Assembly: GCA_032160665.1 (NCBI GenBank) | Contig: JAVHVH010000129.1 | Span: 6,621-70,620 of the forward strand | Length of the DNA: 64,000 nucleotides | Direction: 5' to 3' | DNA from: Pseudonocardiales bacterium | Lineage (GTDB): Bacteria > Actinomycetota > Actinomycetes > Mycobacteriales > Jatrophihabitantaceae | Shown here: piece by piece, positions 1-10,686 of the stretch | Numbering within the stretch: the stretch's first letter is position 1 | Layout: each line of letters starts with the position of its first letter | Program-made: the position numbers and the translations under genes | Notes under the pieces: model-generated | What the model was told of the DNA's origin: nothing | Database searches by the model: none | Seen by the model: only the letters and a program-made list of their open reading frames with translations

Positions 1-1
1 C

Positions 2-1750
2 TGCATGCCCCTCGAAGAACGCGCTCTGGCGAAGCACCGGGTGCTTCCGCCGGAGGTCGAGCAGCCGGCGGACCAGCGCGAGCATGTCGTCGCCCTCGTC
101 GGTGGGCGTCCAGTCGACCCACGACACCTCGTTGTCCTGGACGTAGGCGTTGTTGTTGCCGGCCTGGGTGCGCCACATCTCGTCGCCGGCCACGAGCATC
201 GGCGCGCCGGTGGAGAGCAGCAGGGTCGAGAGCAGGTTGCGGACCTGCCGCAGTCGCAGTTCCCGCACCTCCGGCGGGGCCGGCTCGCCTTCGAATCCGC
301 AGTTGTACGACCGGTTGTCGTCGGTGCCGTCGCGGTTGTCCTCGCCGTTGGCCTCGTTGTGCTTGCGCTCGTAGGAGACGAGGTCGCGCATCGTGAATCC
401 GTCGTGGGCGGTGACGAAGTTGATGGACGCGATCGGCAGCCGCCCGTCGTCGCCGTAGAGGTCCGACGATCCCGACAGCCGGTAGGCGAGATCACGCACG
501 CCGTCGCCGCCGTGCGCCCAGAACGAGCGAACCGTGTCGCGGTACATGCCGTTCCACTCGGTCCACAGCGGCGGGAACTCACCGACCTGGTAGCCGCCGT
601 CGCCGATGTCCCAGGGCTCGGCGATCAGCTTGACCTGCGAGATGATCGGATCCTGGTGGATCGTGTCGAAGAAGGACGAAAGCTTGTCGACGTCATGCAG
701 GGAGCGGGCCAGTGCAGACGCAAGGTCGAACCGGAACCCGTCGACGTGCATGTCGGTGATCCAGTAGCGCAGCGAGTCCGTGATCAGCTGCAGCGGGAAC
801 GGCCGGCGCGCGTCGAAGGTGTTGCCGCAGCCGGTGTAGTCGACGTACTGGGAGCGGTCCTCGGCCGACAGCCGGTAGTAGGAGCCGTTGTCGATGCCGC
901 GGAATTCGAGCATCGGGCCGCCGGGCCCGCCTTCGGCGGTGTGGTTGTAGACGACGTCGAGGATCACCTCGATGCCGGCCTTGTGCAGCGCGCGCACCAT
1001 TGCCTTGAACTCGCGCACCTGGTCGCCTCGGCGCGCGGCGTAGGCGGCGTGCGGGGCGAAGAAGCCGACCGAGTTGTAGCCCCAGTAGTTCCGCGCACCA
1101 CGGCGCTGCAGGTGCGGCTCGGAGACGAAGTGATGTATCGGCATCAGCTCGACGGCGGTGACCCCGAGCGACTGCAGGTGCTCGATCGCCGCCGGGTGCG
1201 CCAGGCCGGCGTACGTGCCGCGCAGTTCCGCCGGGATGTCCGGGTGCCGCTTGGTGAAGCCGCGGACGTGCAGTTCGTAGATGACCGTGTCGTCCCACGC
1301 GACGTTCGGGCGGTGGTCGTCGCCCCACGGGAACGCGTCGTGCACGATCACCGACCGGGGTACGCACGGCGCGGAGTCCGCACCGCTGCCCGGATAGGCC
1401 GACGGGTCTTCGGTGAAGTCGCCCTCGATCGCGCGCGCGTACGGATCCAGCAGCAGCTTGTTCCGGTTGTGGAACAGGCCCTGCGCCGGGTCGAACGCGC
1501 CGTCCACCCGGAACCCGTACCGCTGACCCGGCCCCACACCGGGCACGTAGCCGTGCCACACGTGATAGGTGCGGTCGCCCAGCGGAATGCGGGTCTCGAG
1601 GCCGGCGTCGTCGAACAGGCACACCGTGACGGCCGTGGCGGTCGTCGACCACAGCGTGAAGTTCGTACCCTCGCCGTCCCAGTGGGCACCCAGTGGAAAC
1701 GGCGCCCCGGGCCAGGCATGATCCAGCCGCGCGGCGACCGCGGCAGTCAT
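2..1750 (-). CDS. glgX: Glycogen debranching enzyme GlgX (GH13), runs off the left edge of the window
   Basis: Manual translation of the minus frame from ATG 1750 (alternative GTG 1765) gives [45 protein letters not shown] and GFRFDLAS. The + ORF 5..1825 is its antisense shadow. Confidence 0.93.
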   Translation of the reverse strand, partial: MTAAVAARLDHAWPGAPFPLGAHWDGEGTNFTLWSTTATAVTVCLFDDAGLETRIPLGDRTYHVWHGYVPGVGPGQRYGFRVDGAFDPAQGLFHNRNKLLLDPYARAIEGDFTEDPSAYPGSGADSAPCVPRSVIVHDAFPWGDDHRPNVAWDDTVIYELHVRGFTKRHPDIPAELRGTYAGLAHPAAIEHLQSLGVTAVELMPIHHFVSEPHLQRRGARNYWGYNSVGFFAPHAAYAARRGDQVREFKAMVRALHKAGIEVILDVVYNHTAEGGPGGPMLEFRGIDNGSYYRLSAEDRSQYVDYTGCGNTFDARRPFPLQLITDSLRYWITDMHVDGFRFDLASALARSLHDVDKLSSFFDTIHQDPIISQVKLIAEPWDIGDGGYQVGEFPPLWTEWNGMYRDTVRSFWAHGGDGVRDLAYRLSGSSDLYGDDGRLPIASINFVTAHDGFTMRDLVSYERKHNEANGEDNRDGTDDNRSYNCGFEGEPAPPEVRELRLRQVRNLLSTLLLSTGAPMLVAGDEMWRTQAGNNNAYVQDNEVSWVDWTPTDEGDDMLALVRRLLDLRRKHPVLRQSAFFEGHA

Positions 1751-1865
1751 CTCCTCGGGCAGCACCGGTCGGACTGTAGTGGATCGTGCTTGCGGCCCGC
1801 CGACTCCCAGGTTCCTCATGGGTAACGCTCAGCGCGCATTTCACTGCGGCGGCTTTCCTGAATGC

Positions 1866-3107
1866 ATGACCACGAGCTATCCGTACTCCGACCCCCAGTT
1901 CTACGGCCCTCCGGCGGCACCCCCGCTCCCGCCGGCCGCCCCGACTCCGCCGACCCGGCGGCACCGCAGGCGAGTACTGACGGCTGGCATCGCCGCTCTG
2001 GCCGCAGCCGGGCTCATCGGCGGCGTCGCGGTCGCCGAGAGCGGTTCGTCCACGGTGGCCGGATCGGGATCGCTCGCCCAGCTGGTCCCGTCGACCCAGG
2101 GCGGCAACGGAACCGTGCCGGGCGGCAACGGCGGGATCTTCCCCGGCGGCAACGGCACCGTCCCGGGCGGCTCGACCAACGGCGGCACCTCGACGAGCGC
2201 GGCGCTCGCCACCACCGCGCAGCAGACCGGGGTCGTCACCATCGTCTCGGTGCTCAAGTACCAGAACGCCGAGAGCGCAGGCACCGGGATGATCCTGACC
2301 TCGAACGGCGAAATCCTGACCAACAACCACGTTGTCGAAGGTGCCACCAGCATCACCGTCACGGTCGAGTCGACCGGAAAGTCCTACACCGCGAGCGTGG
2401 TCGGCACCGACCCGACCGCCGACGTCGCCGTCCTGCAATTGAACAACGCCTCCGGACTGACGACAGCCAAGGTCGGCAACTCGTCCGGTCTCGCCGTTGG
2501 CGACTCGATCGTCGGCGTCGGCAACGCAGGCGGCACCGGGACGCTGCGCGCGTCGAAGGGCACCGTCACCGCACTGAACCAGTCGATCACCGCCACTGAC
2601 GAGACCGGCCAGAACGGTGAGCAACTGACCGGCCTGATCGAGGTCAACGCGCCGATCATCTCCGGCGACTCCGGCGGCCCGCTGTACAACGCCGCGGGCC
2701 AGATCGTGGGCATGGACACCGCCGCCTCGACCACGCAGGCCACCGAGACGGCCTACGCGATCCCGATCAACAACGCGGTCACGTTGGCCGCTCAGATCGA
2801 GTCGGGCATCGAGACGTCGACGATCCACATCGGCCTGCCCGCCTTCATCGGCGTGGGCGTGGCCGACACCGCCGGCGGCGGTGCCGGGATCACCTCCGTG
2901 CTCCAGGGCGGCCCGGCCGCCAACGCAGGCATCACCGCCGGATCGACGATCACCGCGGTCGGCGGCAAGAAGGTGACTTCGGCGGCCGGGCTCAAGAACG
3001 TCCTGGGCACGCTATCCCCGGGCACCTCAACGTCGGTCTCGTGGACCGCGGCTAATGGCTCGTCGCACACCGCGAAGGTCACGCTCGTGGCCGGTCCCGC
3101 CGACTGA
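1866..3107 (+). CDS. HtrA/DegP-like membrane-anchored trypsin-like serine protease with C-terminal PDZ domain
   Basis: Triad motifs TNNHVV, DVAVL and GDSGGPL; N-terminal Pro-rich segment plus TM helix; PDZ-like C-terminus. Start set at ATG 1866 (MTTS). Confidence 0.92.
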   Translation: MTTSYPYSDPQFYGPPAAPPLPPAAPTPPTRRHRRRVLTAGIAALAAAGLIGGVAVAESGSSTVAGSGSLAQLVPSTQGGNGTVPGGNGGIFPGGNGTVPGGSTNGGTSTSAALATTAQQTGVVTIVSVLKYQNAESAGTGMILTSNGEILTNNHVVEGATSITVTVESTGKSYTASVVGTDPTADVAVLQLNNASGLTTAKVGNSSGLAVGDSIVGVGNAGGTGTLRASKGTVTALNQSITATDETGQNGEQLTGLIEVNAPIISGDSGGPLYNAAGQIVGMDTAASTTQATETAYAIPINNAVTLAAQIESGIETSTIHIGLPAFIGVGVADTAGGGAGITSVLQGGPAANAGITAGSTITAVGGKKVTSAAGLKNVLGTLSPGTSTSVSWTAANGSSHTAKVTLVAGPAD

Positions 3108-3136
3108 GCCGGTCCCGGCACTGCTTTGATGGGCAG

Positions 3137-3934
3137 GTGGCAGAGCTCAACCCGGATGCGGTGATCCAATTCGTCGAGGTCACCGTCCGCCGGGGGGCCA
3201 AGACCCTGCTCGATCGCATCAACTGGACAGTGGAAGAGGACGAGCGGTGGGCGGTTCTGGGGCCCAACGGGGCCGGCAAGACCACGTTGCTCCAGATCGC
3301 TGCCGCGACGATGCACCCGAGTTCCGGGGAGGCCTTCGTCCTCGGCGAACGGCTCGGCCGGGTGGACGTCTTCGAGTTGCGGCCCCGGATCGGACTGGCC
3401 AGTGCCGCGCTGGCCGAGCGCATCCCCGGCCGGGAGTTGGTCAGCGACGTGGTCGTGAGCGCCGGATACTCGGTGCTCGGCCGGTGGCGTGAGGCCTACG
3501 GACGGTGGGACGTGCGCCGGGCGACGGCACTGCTCGAGCGGCTCGGCGTCGGCGCCTTTGCGACCCGGACCTACGGCACCCTCAGCCAGGGCGAGAAGGC
3601 GCGGGTACAGATCGCCCGGGCGCTGATGACCGATCCCGAGCTGCTGCTGCTGGATGAGCCGGCAGCCGGGCTCGATCTGGGCGGTCGGGAGGACCTACTG
3701 CGCCGGCTGACCCGCTTCGCCGCCGACCCGGGCGCACCCGCGTCGGTTCTGGTCACGCATCACGTCGAGGAGCTGCCCCCCGGGATCACGCACGTGATGT
3801 TGCTGCGCGACGGCGCAGTGGTCGCCTCCGGGCTCGCTCGGGACGTCCTCGCCGATGGACCGCTGTCAGAGACGTTCGGGCTGGCGCTGACGGTCGAGCG
3901 GCGCGACGGTCGCTGGTACGCGCGAGCGGGCTGA
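3137..3934 (+). CDS. ABC transporter ATP-binding protein (Rv3041c-like)
   Basis: Walker A GPNGAGKT, signature LSQGE, Walker B LLLLDEP, H-loop VTHH. Confidence 0.9.
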   Translation: MAELNPDAVIQFVEVTVRRGAKTLLDRINWTVEEDERWAVLGPNGAGKTTLLQIAAATMHPSSGEAFVLGERLGRVDVFELRPRIGLASAALAERIPGRELVSDVVVSAGYSVLGRWREAYGRWDVRRATALLERLGVGAFATRTYGTLSQGEKARVQIARALMTDPELLLLDEPAAGLDLGGREDLLRRLTRFAADPGAPASVLVTHHVEELPPGITHVMLLRDGAVVASGLARDVLADGPLSETFGLALTVERRDGRWYARAG

Positions 3935-3964
3935 GTCGCACGCGGACGGGTGCGGCGAAGCAGG

Positions 3965-4423
3965 TCAGCGGGGAGCGAGCACGACGACCGGGATCGGCCG
4001 GCTCGTCGCGCGCTGGTAGGCGGTGTATCGGCCGGCGTTGTTGGTGTCTGCGAGCTCCCACAGACGCTCGCGGTCCGGGTCACCGGGCAAGACGGTCCGC
4101 GCAGTGACAGGCAGCCGCTTCGTCCCCACCTGGATCTCGACCTGCGGATCCGCCTTCAGGTTGTGGTACCAGCCGGGCGACCGCGGCGCCCCGCCCATCG
4201 ACGCGACGACGACGTAGTCCCGCCCGTCCCGTACGTAGACGAGCGCGCTGGTGCGCTGCTGGCCGGTCTTCGCCCCGACCGTGCGCAGCAGCAGGTTGTG
4301 GGTGCCGAAGAACCAGTGCCCCACGCGCCCACCGCTGCGTTCGTACACCGCCTGGTGCACCTTCAGGACCCGCACGCCGACCGCCTGGACGACCGGCAGC
4401 GACTCGATGCGCGAAAGATTCAT
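3965..4423 (-). CDS. Deazaflavin (F420)-dependent nitroreductase family protein (Ddn-like)
   Basis: LLLRTVGAKTGQQR, VVVASMGGAPRSPGWYHNL and RPIPVVVL motifs. Confidence 0.88.
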   Translation of the reverse strand: MNLSRIESLPVVQAVGVRVLKVHQAVYERSGGRVGHWFFGTHNLLLRTVGAKTGQQRTSALVYVRDGRDYVVVASMGGAPRSPGWYHNLKADPQVEIQVGTKRLPVTARTVLPGDPDRERLWELADTNNAGRYTAYQRATSRPIPVVVLAPR

Positions 4424-4514
4424 GCGACCTCCTGCCTCTGGGTCCGGACCCTAGCCCGCGGCGGGCACGCCGTAGGCTTCCGTGGACGAGCGTCACAGGT
4501 ACTGAGGGGGGTAG

Positions 4515-5312
4515 ATGTCCGACGAGCTGGTGACCGTCGAGATCGGTGACGGGTCCGCAGGCTCCCCGGTCGGGGTGGCCACGATCCGGTTGAACCGCCC
4601 GCCGATGAACGCGATCAACACCGCGCTGCAGGAACAACTCCGCGCCGCCGCCGACCGGATCAGCTCCGATCCCACCGTGCGCGCCGCCGTCATCTACGGC
4701 GGCGAGAAGGTGTTCGCGGCCGGCGCTGACGTCAAGGAGTTCGCTGGCCAGGACCACGCCTACATGTTCCGCGACGCGGGCCGGCTCAGCTCGGCCCTGG
4801 ACGCGATCGCGCGCATCCCCAAGCCGGTGATCGCGGCCGTCACTGGCTACGCGCTCGGCGGTGGGTGCGAGCTCGCGCTCACGGCGGACTTCCGGGTCAG
4901 CGCCGACAACGCCAGGTGGGGCCAGCCGGAGATCCTGCTGGGGATCATCCCGGGCGCAGGTGGGACCCAACGCCTGCCCCGGCTGATCGGCCCGGCGAAG
5001 GCCAAGGACCTCATCTTCACCGGGCGGTTCGTCGACGCCGCCGAGGCGCTCGAGATCGGCCTCGTCGACGTCGTCGTCCCCAAGGAGGACGTCTACCCGA
5101 CAGCGGTGGCAATGGCGGCGAAGTTCGCCAAGGGTCCGGCGCTCGCTCTGGCCGCCGCGAAGGCCGCGATCGACGGTGGCCTCGACGCGGACCTGGCCAG
5201 CGGTCTGCGCCTCGAGTCCCACCTGTTCGCGTCGTTGTTCGCGTCCGAGGACCGCGCGATCGGGATGGCCTCGTTCATCGAGAGCGGACCGGGCAAGGCC
5301 GCGTTCACGTGA
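4515..5312 (+). CDS. Enoyl-CoA hydratase/isomerase (EchA17-like)
   Basis: LNRPPMNA, FAAGADVKE, ALGGGCELAL and QPEILLGIIPGAGGTQRL crotonase motifs. Confidence 0.92.
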   Translation: MSDELVTVEIGDGSAGSPVGVATIRLNRPPMNAINTALQEQLRAAADRISSDPTVRAAVIYGGEKVFAAGADVKEFAGQDHAYMFRDAGRLSSALDAIARIPKPVIAAVTGYALGGGCELALTADFRVSADNARWGQPEILLGIIPGAGGTQRLPRLIGPAKAKDLIFTGRFVDAAEALEIGLVDVVVPKEDVYPTAVAMAAKFAKGPALALAAAKAAIDGGLDADLASGLRLESHLFASLFASEDRAIGMASFIESGPGKAAFT

Positions 5313-6280
5313 GTGCGCCCGCCCCGCACCCCAACGCGACGGCCGACGAGGTTGCCGCTGCGTGGCACGACAAGAAGCTGGCCAACATCCTGTACCACGA
5401 CTGGGAGGCCGGCACCTACGACGAGAAGTGGTCGATCTCGTTCGACGAGCGCTGCATCGACTATGCGCGCGGGCGGTTCGTGCATGTCGCCGGGACCGAA
5501 GGCTGGCCGTACGCCAAGTCGCTGGAGCTCGGTTGCGGGACGGGTTTCTTCACGCTGAATCTCAAGCTCGCCGGAGTCATCGACGAGGGACACGTCACCG
5601 ACCTGAGCCCCGGCATGGTCGAGGTCGCGCAGCGCAATGCCCGCGGGCTCGGCTTCGAGGTCGAGGGCCGGGTCGCCGACGCGGAGCGGCTGCCCTACGA
5701 CGACGACTCGTTCGACATCGTCATCGGCCATGCCGTGCTGCACCACATTCCCGACCTCGATCTGGCGTTCGCCGAGATCATCCGGGTGCTCAAGCCCGGC
5801 GGGCGGTTCGTCTTCGCCGGTGAGCCGACCAAGCACGGGGACGTCGTTGCCCGCCGGCTGTCCCGCTTCACCTGGTGGGCGGCGACGCGGGCCACCCGGC
5901 TGCCGCAGTTGGCCGACTGGCGCCGACCGCAGGCCGAGCTGGACGAGTCGTCACGCGCGGCCGCTCTCGAGGCTGTGGTCGACGTCCACACCTTCGATCC
6001 GCGCGGTCTCGAGGCGACGGCCGGCGCGGCCGGAGCGGTCCACGTCCGCGTGGCGACGTCGGAACTGCTCGCCTCCTGGTTCGGCTGGCCGGTGCGCACG
6101 TTCGAGTGCGCGGTGCCCAAGGAGAAGTTGGGCATGCGGTGGGCCAACTTCGCACTGAGGAACTGGCAGCGGTTGTCGGCGGTGGACGCCCGGCTCGAAG
6201 GAATCGTGCCTAGAGGCCTGTTCTACAACGCCGAGATCACTGGACTGAAACCCGCCGCTGTGCGGCGCTCAGACCCCTGA
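5309..6280 (+). CDS. Class I SAM-dependent methyltransferase (Rv3038c-like)
   Basis: GTG 5309 overlaps the upstream stop; LYHDWEAGTYDEKWSISFD, LELGCGTG, HAVLHHIPD. Confidence 0.9.
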   Translation: MSAPAPHPNATADEVAAAWHDKKLANILYHDWEAGTYDEKWSISFDERCIDYARGRFVHVAGTEGWPYAKSLELGCGTGFFTLNLKLAGVIDEGHVTDLSPGMVEVAQRNARGLGFEVEGRVADAERLPYDDDSFDIVIGHAVLHHIPDLDLAFAEIIRVLKPGGRFVFAGEPTKHGDVVARRLSRFTWWAATRATRLPQLADWRRPQAELDESSRAAALEAVVDVHTFDPRGLEATAGAAGAVHVRVATSELLASWFGWPVRTFECAVPKEKLGMRWANFALRNWQRLSAVDARLEGIVPRGLFYNAEITGLKPAAVRRSDP

Positions 6281-7180
6281 CAGCGACTTGACCAGGGTGA
6301 GCACGCCCGGCCCCATCACCACGATGAACAGAGCGGGCAACAGGCAGAAGATCAATGGGAAAAGAATCTTGACGGTGACCTTCTGAGCCTTCTCCTCGGC
6401 TCGTTGCCGCCGCTTCAACCGCATCTCCTTGCCCTGTTCGCGCAGGACCGCGGCGATCGGGATGCCGAGTTTGGCCGCCTGAATCAGTGCCAGCACCATG
6501 GCCCTCAGCTCGGACACGGTCGTCCGCTCGGACAGCGCCTGCAGCGCCTCGGTGCGCGACTTGCCGAACTGCATCTCCTGAAGGACACGAGCGAACTCTC
6601 TGGTCAGCGGACCTTCGGTGTTGCGCGCAACCTGAGTCAGAGCGGCGTCGAAGCCGAGTCCGGCTTCGACGCACACCGTCAACATGTCCATGGCGTCGGG
6701 CAGTGCCCTCTCGATGTCTTCCTGACGCTTGACCCCCGAGTTGTGGACGAGCAGGTCCGGCAACAGGAAGCCGGCCACCGCTCCGCCGATCACGAAGAGA
6801 ATGACCGCGGCCCCGCGGCCCATACCGACGAACAGGGCGAACGCACAGAGCCCGATCATCGCGATGGACTTGTAGGCGAGGACGCGGTCGAGGGTCCAGT
6901 TCGGGGGATTGCCGGCCCGGTCGAGGCTGCGCTGGATCTTGCCGGTGCTCCGGGCCGGAGCGATGACCACCGTCATCCGTCGGAACCGGTCGAGAACGGG
7001 GGACAGTGTCGCGGCGGCGTCGGGTTCGACCTTGGTGACCGGCGCGCCCGCCCGGTAGATCGCAGCTATATGGGCGACGCCGGAGCTGGCCGCACTTTGC
7101 GGTTTGCGCAGAGCTGATGCGCCGGCCAATCCGGCCAGGGCGAGGGATCCCAGGCCGAAGAGCAGCGGTAGTTGCGACAT
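6269..7180 (-). CDS. tadC: Tad pilus inner-membrane platform protein TadC (T2SS F family)
   Basis: LPDAMDMLTVCVEAGLGFDAAL, RRQRAEEKAQK, KILFPLIFCLLP; last gene of the tad operon. Confidence 0.9.
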   Translation of the reverse strand: MSQLPLLFGLGSLALAGLAGASALRKPQSAASSGVAHIAAIYRAGAPVTKVEPDAAATLSPVLDRFRRMTVVIAPARSTGKIQRSLDRAGNPPNWTLDRVLAYKSIAMIGLCAFALFVGMGRGAAVILFVIGGAVAGFLLPDLLVHNSGVKRQEDIERALPDAMDMLTVCVEAGLGFDAALTQVARNTEGPLTREFARVLQEMQFGKSRTEALQALSERTTVSELRAMVLALIQAAKLGIPIAAVLREQGKEMRLKRRQRAEEKAQKVTVKILFPLIFCLLPALFIVVMGPGVLTLVKSLSGV

Positions 7181-7181
7181 G

Positions 7182-8147
7182 TCATACCTCGATCTTGACG
7201 ACGCGGCTCAGCCACCACGCCCCGATCAGGATCCCGAGGAGCGCGGCGATGAGCATGCCGATGCCGGGCACGGTGGTCCAGAGCGGTCGCAGATACTCGC
7301 GTCGCACGGCGAACAGCCACGCACTGACCCCGATCGGCATCGCCACGAGCACGTACGCGGACAGCCGCCCTTCGGCACTGAGCGAGCGCACCTGCCGGCG
7401 CAGTTGAGCGCGTTCACGCATGGTGTGCACTGTGGTGACCAGGACTTCGGACAGGTTTCCGCCCACCTGGCGAGAGATCCGCACCGCCATGACGACCCAG
7501 GAGAGGTCGCGACACCGCATCCGGTCGGCCGCCTTGTCCAGAGCATCCTCGATATCGACGCCGAGCCGGGCCTCGGCCAGCGCGCGTCCGATCTCGGGAG
7601 CGCAGGGTTCCTCGCCCTGATGCACGACCGCGTCAAGTGCCTGGTTCAACGAGAACCCCGAACGCAATGACGCGGCCACGAGTTGTAGAACGTCCGGCAG
7701 TTGGTCGGCGAAGGCAGCACACCGCTTCGACAACTTGATCTTCAAGTACATCCGGAACGACACGAACGTCAGGAGCAAGCCGATCGGCACCGCCATGATG
7801 AAGCTGCCGGACGCGAACAACACCACGGCGACGCAGACCACGCCGGCCGAGAGCCGTACCACCATCCATTCCTGAGCCCCGAGGCCGATGCCCGCCCGGC
7901 TCAACTCCTCGGCCAGCTCCGGTCCTTTTCGCCGGCCCTGCAGCACCCGGTCGGCGAGGCGCAGCACAATCCGGGTGATTCCGCGGTTCTCAGAGGGCGC
8001 CGTCTCTTCGGGTCGCTGCACGCGGTACATCGCGGCCTCGCGGAGGCGACGTCGCCGGTCGATCGCCGGCGTATACGTGGCGGCCAGCACGCCGAAGACG
8101 ATGCCCGCGAAGACCAGTACGACGATGAGTTGCATCCCGATCACCAC
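7182..8147 (-). CDS. tadB: Tad pilus platform protein TadB
   Basis: FADQLPDVLQLVAASLRSG, QVGGNLSEVL, LSAEGRLSA. Confidence 0.9.
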   Translation of the reverse strand: MVIGMQLIVVLVFAGIVFGVLAATYTPAIDRRRRLREAAMYRVQRPEETAPSENRGITRIVLRLADRVLQGRRKGPELAEELSRAGIGLGAQEWMVVRLSAGVVCVAVVLFASGSFIMAVPIGLLLTFVSFRMYLKIKLSKRCAAFADQLPDVLQLVAASLRSGFSLNQALDAVVHQGEEPCAPEIGRALAEARLGVDIEDALDKAADRMRCRDLSWVVMAVRISRQVGGNLSEVLVTTVHTMRERAQLRRQVRSLSAEGRLSAYVLVAMPIGVSAWLFAVRREYLRPLWTTVPGIGMLIAALLGILIGAWWLSRVVKIEV

Positions 8148-9511
8148 CGTTCCGCAGGTGCGTCCGGCAGGGGCAACGCGACACCTCGGTCGAGGATCGT
8201 CTGGGTGAACTGCGGGCGGAGCCCGGTGGGCTTGAGCACTCCGATGTGCTGGCCGCTCGCGTCGAGTCCCGCCGAGAAGTCGAACAGGTAGATGTCCTGG
8301 AGGGTGATGATGTCGCCCTCCATGCCGGAAACCTCGGTGATGTGCGTGATGCGGCGACTGCCGTCGCGCAGCCGGGACTGGTGCACGATCAGATCGATCG
8401 CCGATGCGGCCTGCTCACGGATGGCCCGCTGCGGCAACTCGATGCCGGCCATCAACACCATCGTCTCCAGCCGCGAGAGGGAATCACGCGGTGAGTTCGA
8501 GTGCAGCGTGGTGATCGAACCGTCGTGACCGGTGTTCATCGCCTGGAGCATGTCGAGCGCCGCGCCGTCGCGAACCTCGCCGACGATGATTCGGTCGGGC
8601 CGCATCCGCAAGGCGTTGCGGACCAGGTCGCGGACCGTGACCTCGCCACGGCCCTCGGTGTTCGCCGGGCGCGCCTCCATGCGGACGACGTGGTCCTGGA
8701 CCAGCTGGAGTTCCGCCGCGTCCTCGATCGTGACGATCCGCTCGTCCGGCCCGATGTAGCTCGACAGCACGTTCAGGGTTGTGGTCTTGCCCGAGCCGGT
8801 CCCGCCGGAGATCAGCACGTTCAGCCGGCCCCGGATGCAGGCGGAGAGGAACTTTGCGACCTGCGGGGTCATCGTGCCGAATCCGATCAGGTCCGCGTCC
8901 GTCAGCGGGTCGGCGGAAAACTTTCGGATCGTCAGCGATGAACCGTCGAGGCTGATCGGCGGAACGATCGCGTTCACTCGGCTGCCATCAGGGAGCCGGG
9001 CATCCACCATCGGACTGGCCTCGTCCACGTGTCGGCCGACGCGGGCGACGATCTTGTCGATCGTCCGCCGCAGGTGGGCTTCATCGGTGAAGGTGACCGG
9101 CGCGACAACGAGCTTTCCGGAGCGCTCGAGGTAGATCTGCTTCGGTCCGTTGACCATGATCTCGGACACCGCCGGGTCGCGCAGGAACACCTCGAGCGGT
9201 CCGTTACCCAGGATCTCGTCCGAGACCTCGTCGATGATTCGGGCGCGCTCGGAACCGGAAAGCAGCGACTCCTCCGCCTCCACGGCCGTCTGCAGCGCGA
9301 TCCGCACCCGGTTCGCCAGTTCGGCCTCGGACATGTTCGCGTCGTAGAGCGTTGGCCCGAGCGCCTCGAGAAGCGCGGCATGGACCCTGAGTTTTATCGA
9401 CACGAACCGGTCCACCGGATGCGGGGTGCGGACGGTTGAGGGGATCGGCCGCTGTTCGTTCGCCGACTGCGGCACCGGCGCGCCGCGAGCGATCCGGTCG
9501 GTGAGGCTCAT
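8141..9511 (-). CDS. tadA: Tad pilus assembly ATPase CpaF/TadA
   Basis: Walker [40 protein letters not shown]. Confidence 0.95.
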   Translation of the reverse strand: MSLTDRIARGAPVPQSANEQRPIPSTVRTPHPVDRFVSIKLRVHAALLEALGPTLYDANMSEAELANRVRIALQTAVEAEESLLSGSERARIIDEVSDEILGNGPLEVFLRDPAVSEIMVNGPKQIYLERSGKLVVAPVTFTDEAHLRRTIDKIVARVGRHVDEASPMVDARLPDGSRVNAIVPPISLDGSSLTIRKFSADPLTDADLIGFGTMTPQVAKFLSACIRGRLNVLISGGTGSGKTTTLNVLSSYIGPDERIVTIEDAAELQLVQDHVVRMEARPANTEGRGEVTVRDLVRNALRMRPDRIIVGEVRDGAALDMLQAMNTGHDGSITTLHSNSPRDSLSRLETMVLMAGIELPQRAIREQAASAIDLIVHQSRLRDGSRRITHITEVSGMEGDIITLQDIYLFDFSAGLDASGQHIGVLKPTGLRPQFTQTILDRGVALPLPDAPAERW

Positions 9512-10686
9512 GACGACCTTCGGTTCAGGAGCTTCGGGATCCGCCGCGCGCGGTGCTTTCCGTGAACGGTCAGCTCCGGTGCGAAGCTCTCCGCCGCCAG
9601 CCGGCGAATTGCCAGCGTGATCGGATGATCGGGGTGATCCGCGGCGAGCGGGGTTCCCCGGTTGATCGACGTCGGCACGTCCGGGCTGGACGGGATCCGA
9701 ATCGCCAGCGGGCTACCCGCCACTTGCACCACATCGGCGAGGCTGAGGCCGACGTTCTCATCCGCCCGGTTCAGCGCGAGCAGTCGCGACTTCTTGTCGT
9801 AACCGAGCAGATCGAACATGTCCTGGGTCAGTCGCAGGTTCTTGAGCGAGGGCAGCTCCGGCGTCGTGATCAGCACGTGGAATGCGGAGGCATCGAGAGC
9901 GGCGAGCACATGGTCGCTGAACTGCGACGGGGTGTCCACGACGACGTAGTCGTAACGCTGCGCCAGTGCACCGAGCAAGGTCGTCGTCAGGGTCGCCGGG
10001 ATCTTCTCGGCGTCGCCGGGCGCGACCGGGGCGAGCAGGCAGTCGTGATTGGGTCGGTAGTTCGTCAGGATCGACGCGACGTCGTCCGGTTGGAGTTCGG
10101 TCATGGCCAGCGCGTCGATGATGGTGACGCGCGGTTCCAGACGCAGCGTGATCGCGACGTCCCCGAAGGCGAGGTCCAGATCGACCAGACAGACCCGGGC
10201 GTTGCCGCCGTCGTTCAGGACCACCGAGAGGTTCGTCGAGATCGTGGTCTTGCCGGCGCCGCCCTTGGCCGAGAAGACGGTGATGATCTTTCCCTCGGTC
10301 GACCGGTCGAGGTCCGTCCGAGGCTCCGTCCGCACCTGCGACGAGTGCTGGAGCGACCTCGCGCACGCCGCGGACAGTCCGGCGATGTCGGCGATGTCGA
10401 GGACGTCGCGGGCCCCGGCTCGCATCGCCAGCTGGATCTCGCCGACGTCCAGGCTCGGTCGGATGATGATGACCCCGACCGACGGGTGCCGAGCAGCGGT
10501 GTGGGTTGTGAAGGCGAGCGCGTCGGCGAGCGGAACATCGTTGTCGATGACCACCAGGCGTTCGCCGGCCGCGCTGTCCAAGATTGCCATCGCGAAGGTC
10601 AGGCTGGACACCACGGTCACCGGCGCCGGGAGAGCGGCCTCGCTGGCCTGCGGCCTGGGCGTGCCGGTCCGGCAGAAGATCGTCAT
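9508..10686 (-). CDS. cpaE: CpaE/TadZ-like pilus localisation ATPase (degenerate receiver domain plus MinD/ParA-type ATPase)
   Basis: FSAKGGAGKTT, LVDLDLAFGD, YVVVDTP; coupled stop/start with its neighbours. Confidence 0.88.
   Translation of the reverse strand: MTIFCRTGTPRPQASEAALPAPVTVVSSLTFAMAILDSAAGERLVVIDNDVPLADALAFTTHTAARHPSVGVIIIRPSLDVGEIQLAMRAGARDVLDIADIAGLSAACARSLQHSSQVRTEPRTDLDRSTEGKIITVFSAKGGAGKTTISTNLSVVLNDGGNARVCLVDLDLAFGDVAITLRLEPRVTIIDALAMTELQPDDVASILTNYRPNHDCLLAPVAPGDAEKIPATLTTTLLGALAQRYDYVVVDTPSQFSDHVLAALDASAFHVLITTPELPSLKNLRLTQDMFDLLGYDKKSRLLALNRADENVGLSLADVVQVAGSPLAIRIPSSPDVPTSINRGTPLAADHPDHPITLAIRRLAAESFAPELTVHGKHRARRIPKLLNRRSS

Noticed and set aside
5-1825. Long + ORF (606 aa) and many similar long ORFs, e.g. 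693..2828, 20970..23078, 32489..34594, 60140..61861
   Set aside because: Antisense or frame-shifted shadows of real high-GC genes; no motifs and wrong codon bias.
1805-1832. MprA-type TCTCAG repeats upstream of htrA
   Set aside because: TCCCAG and GCTCAG are 22 bp apart, but the middle repeat does not match the 11-bp phasing.
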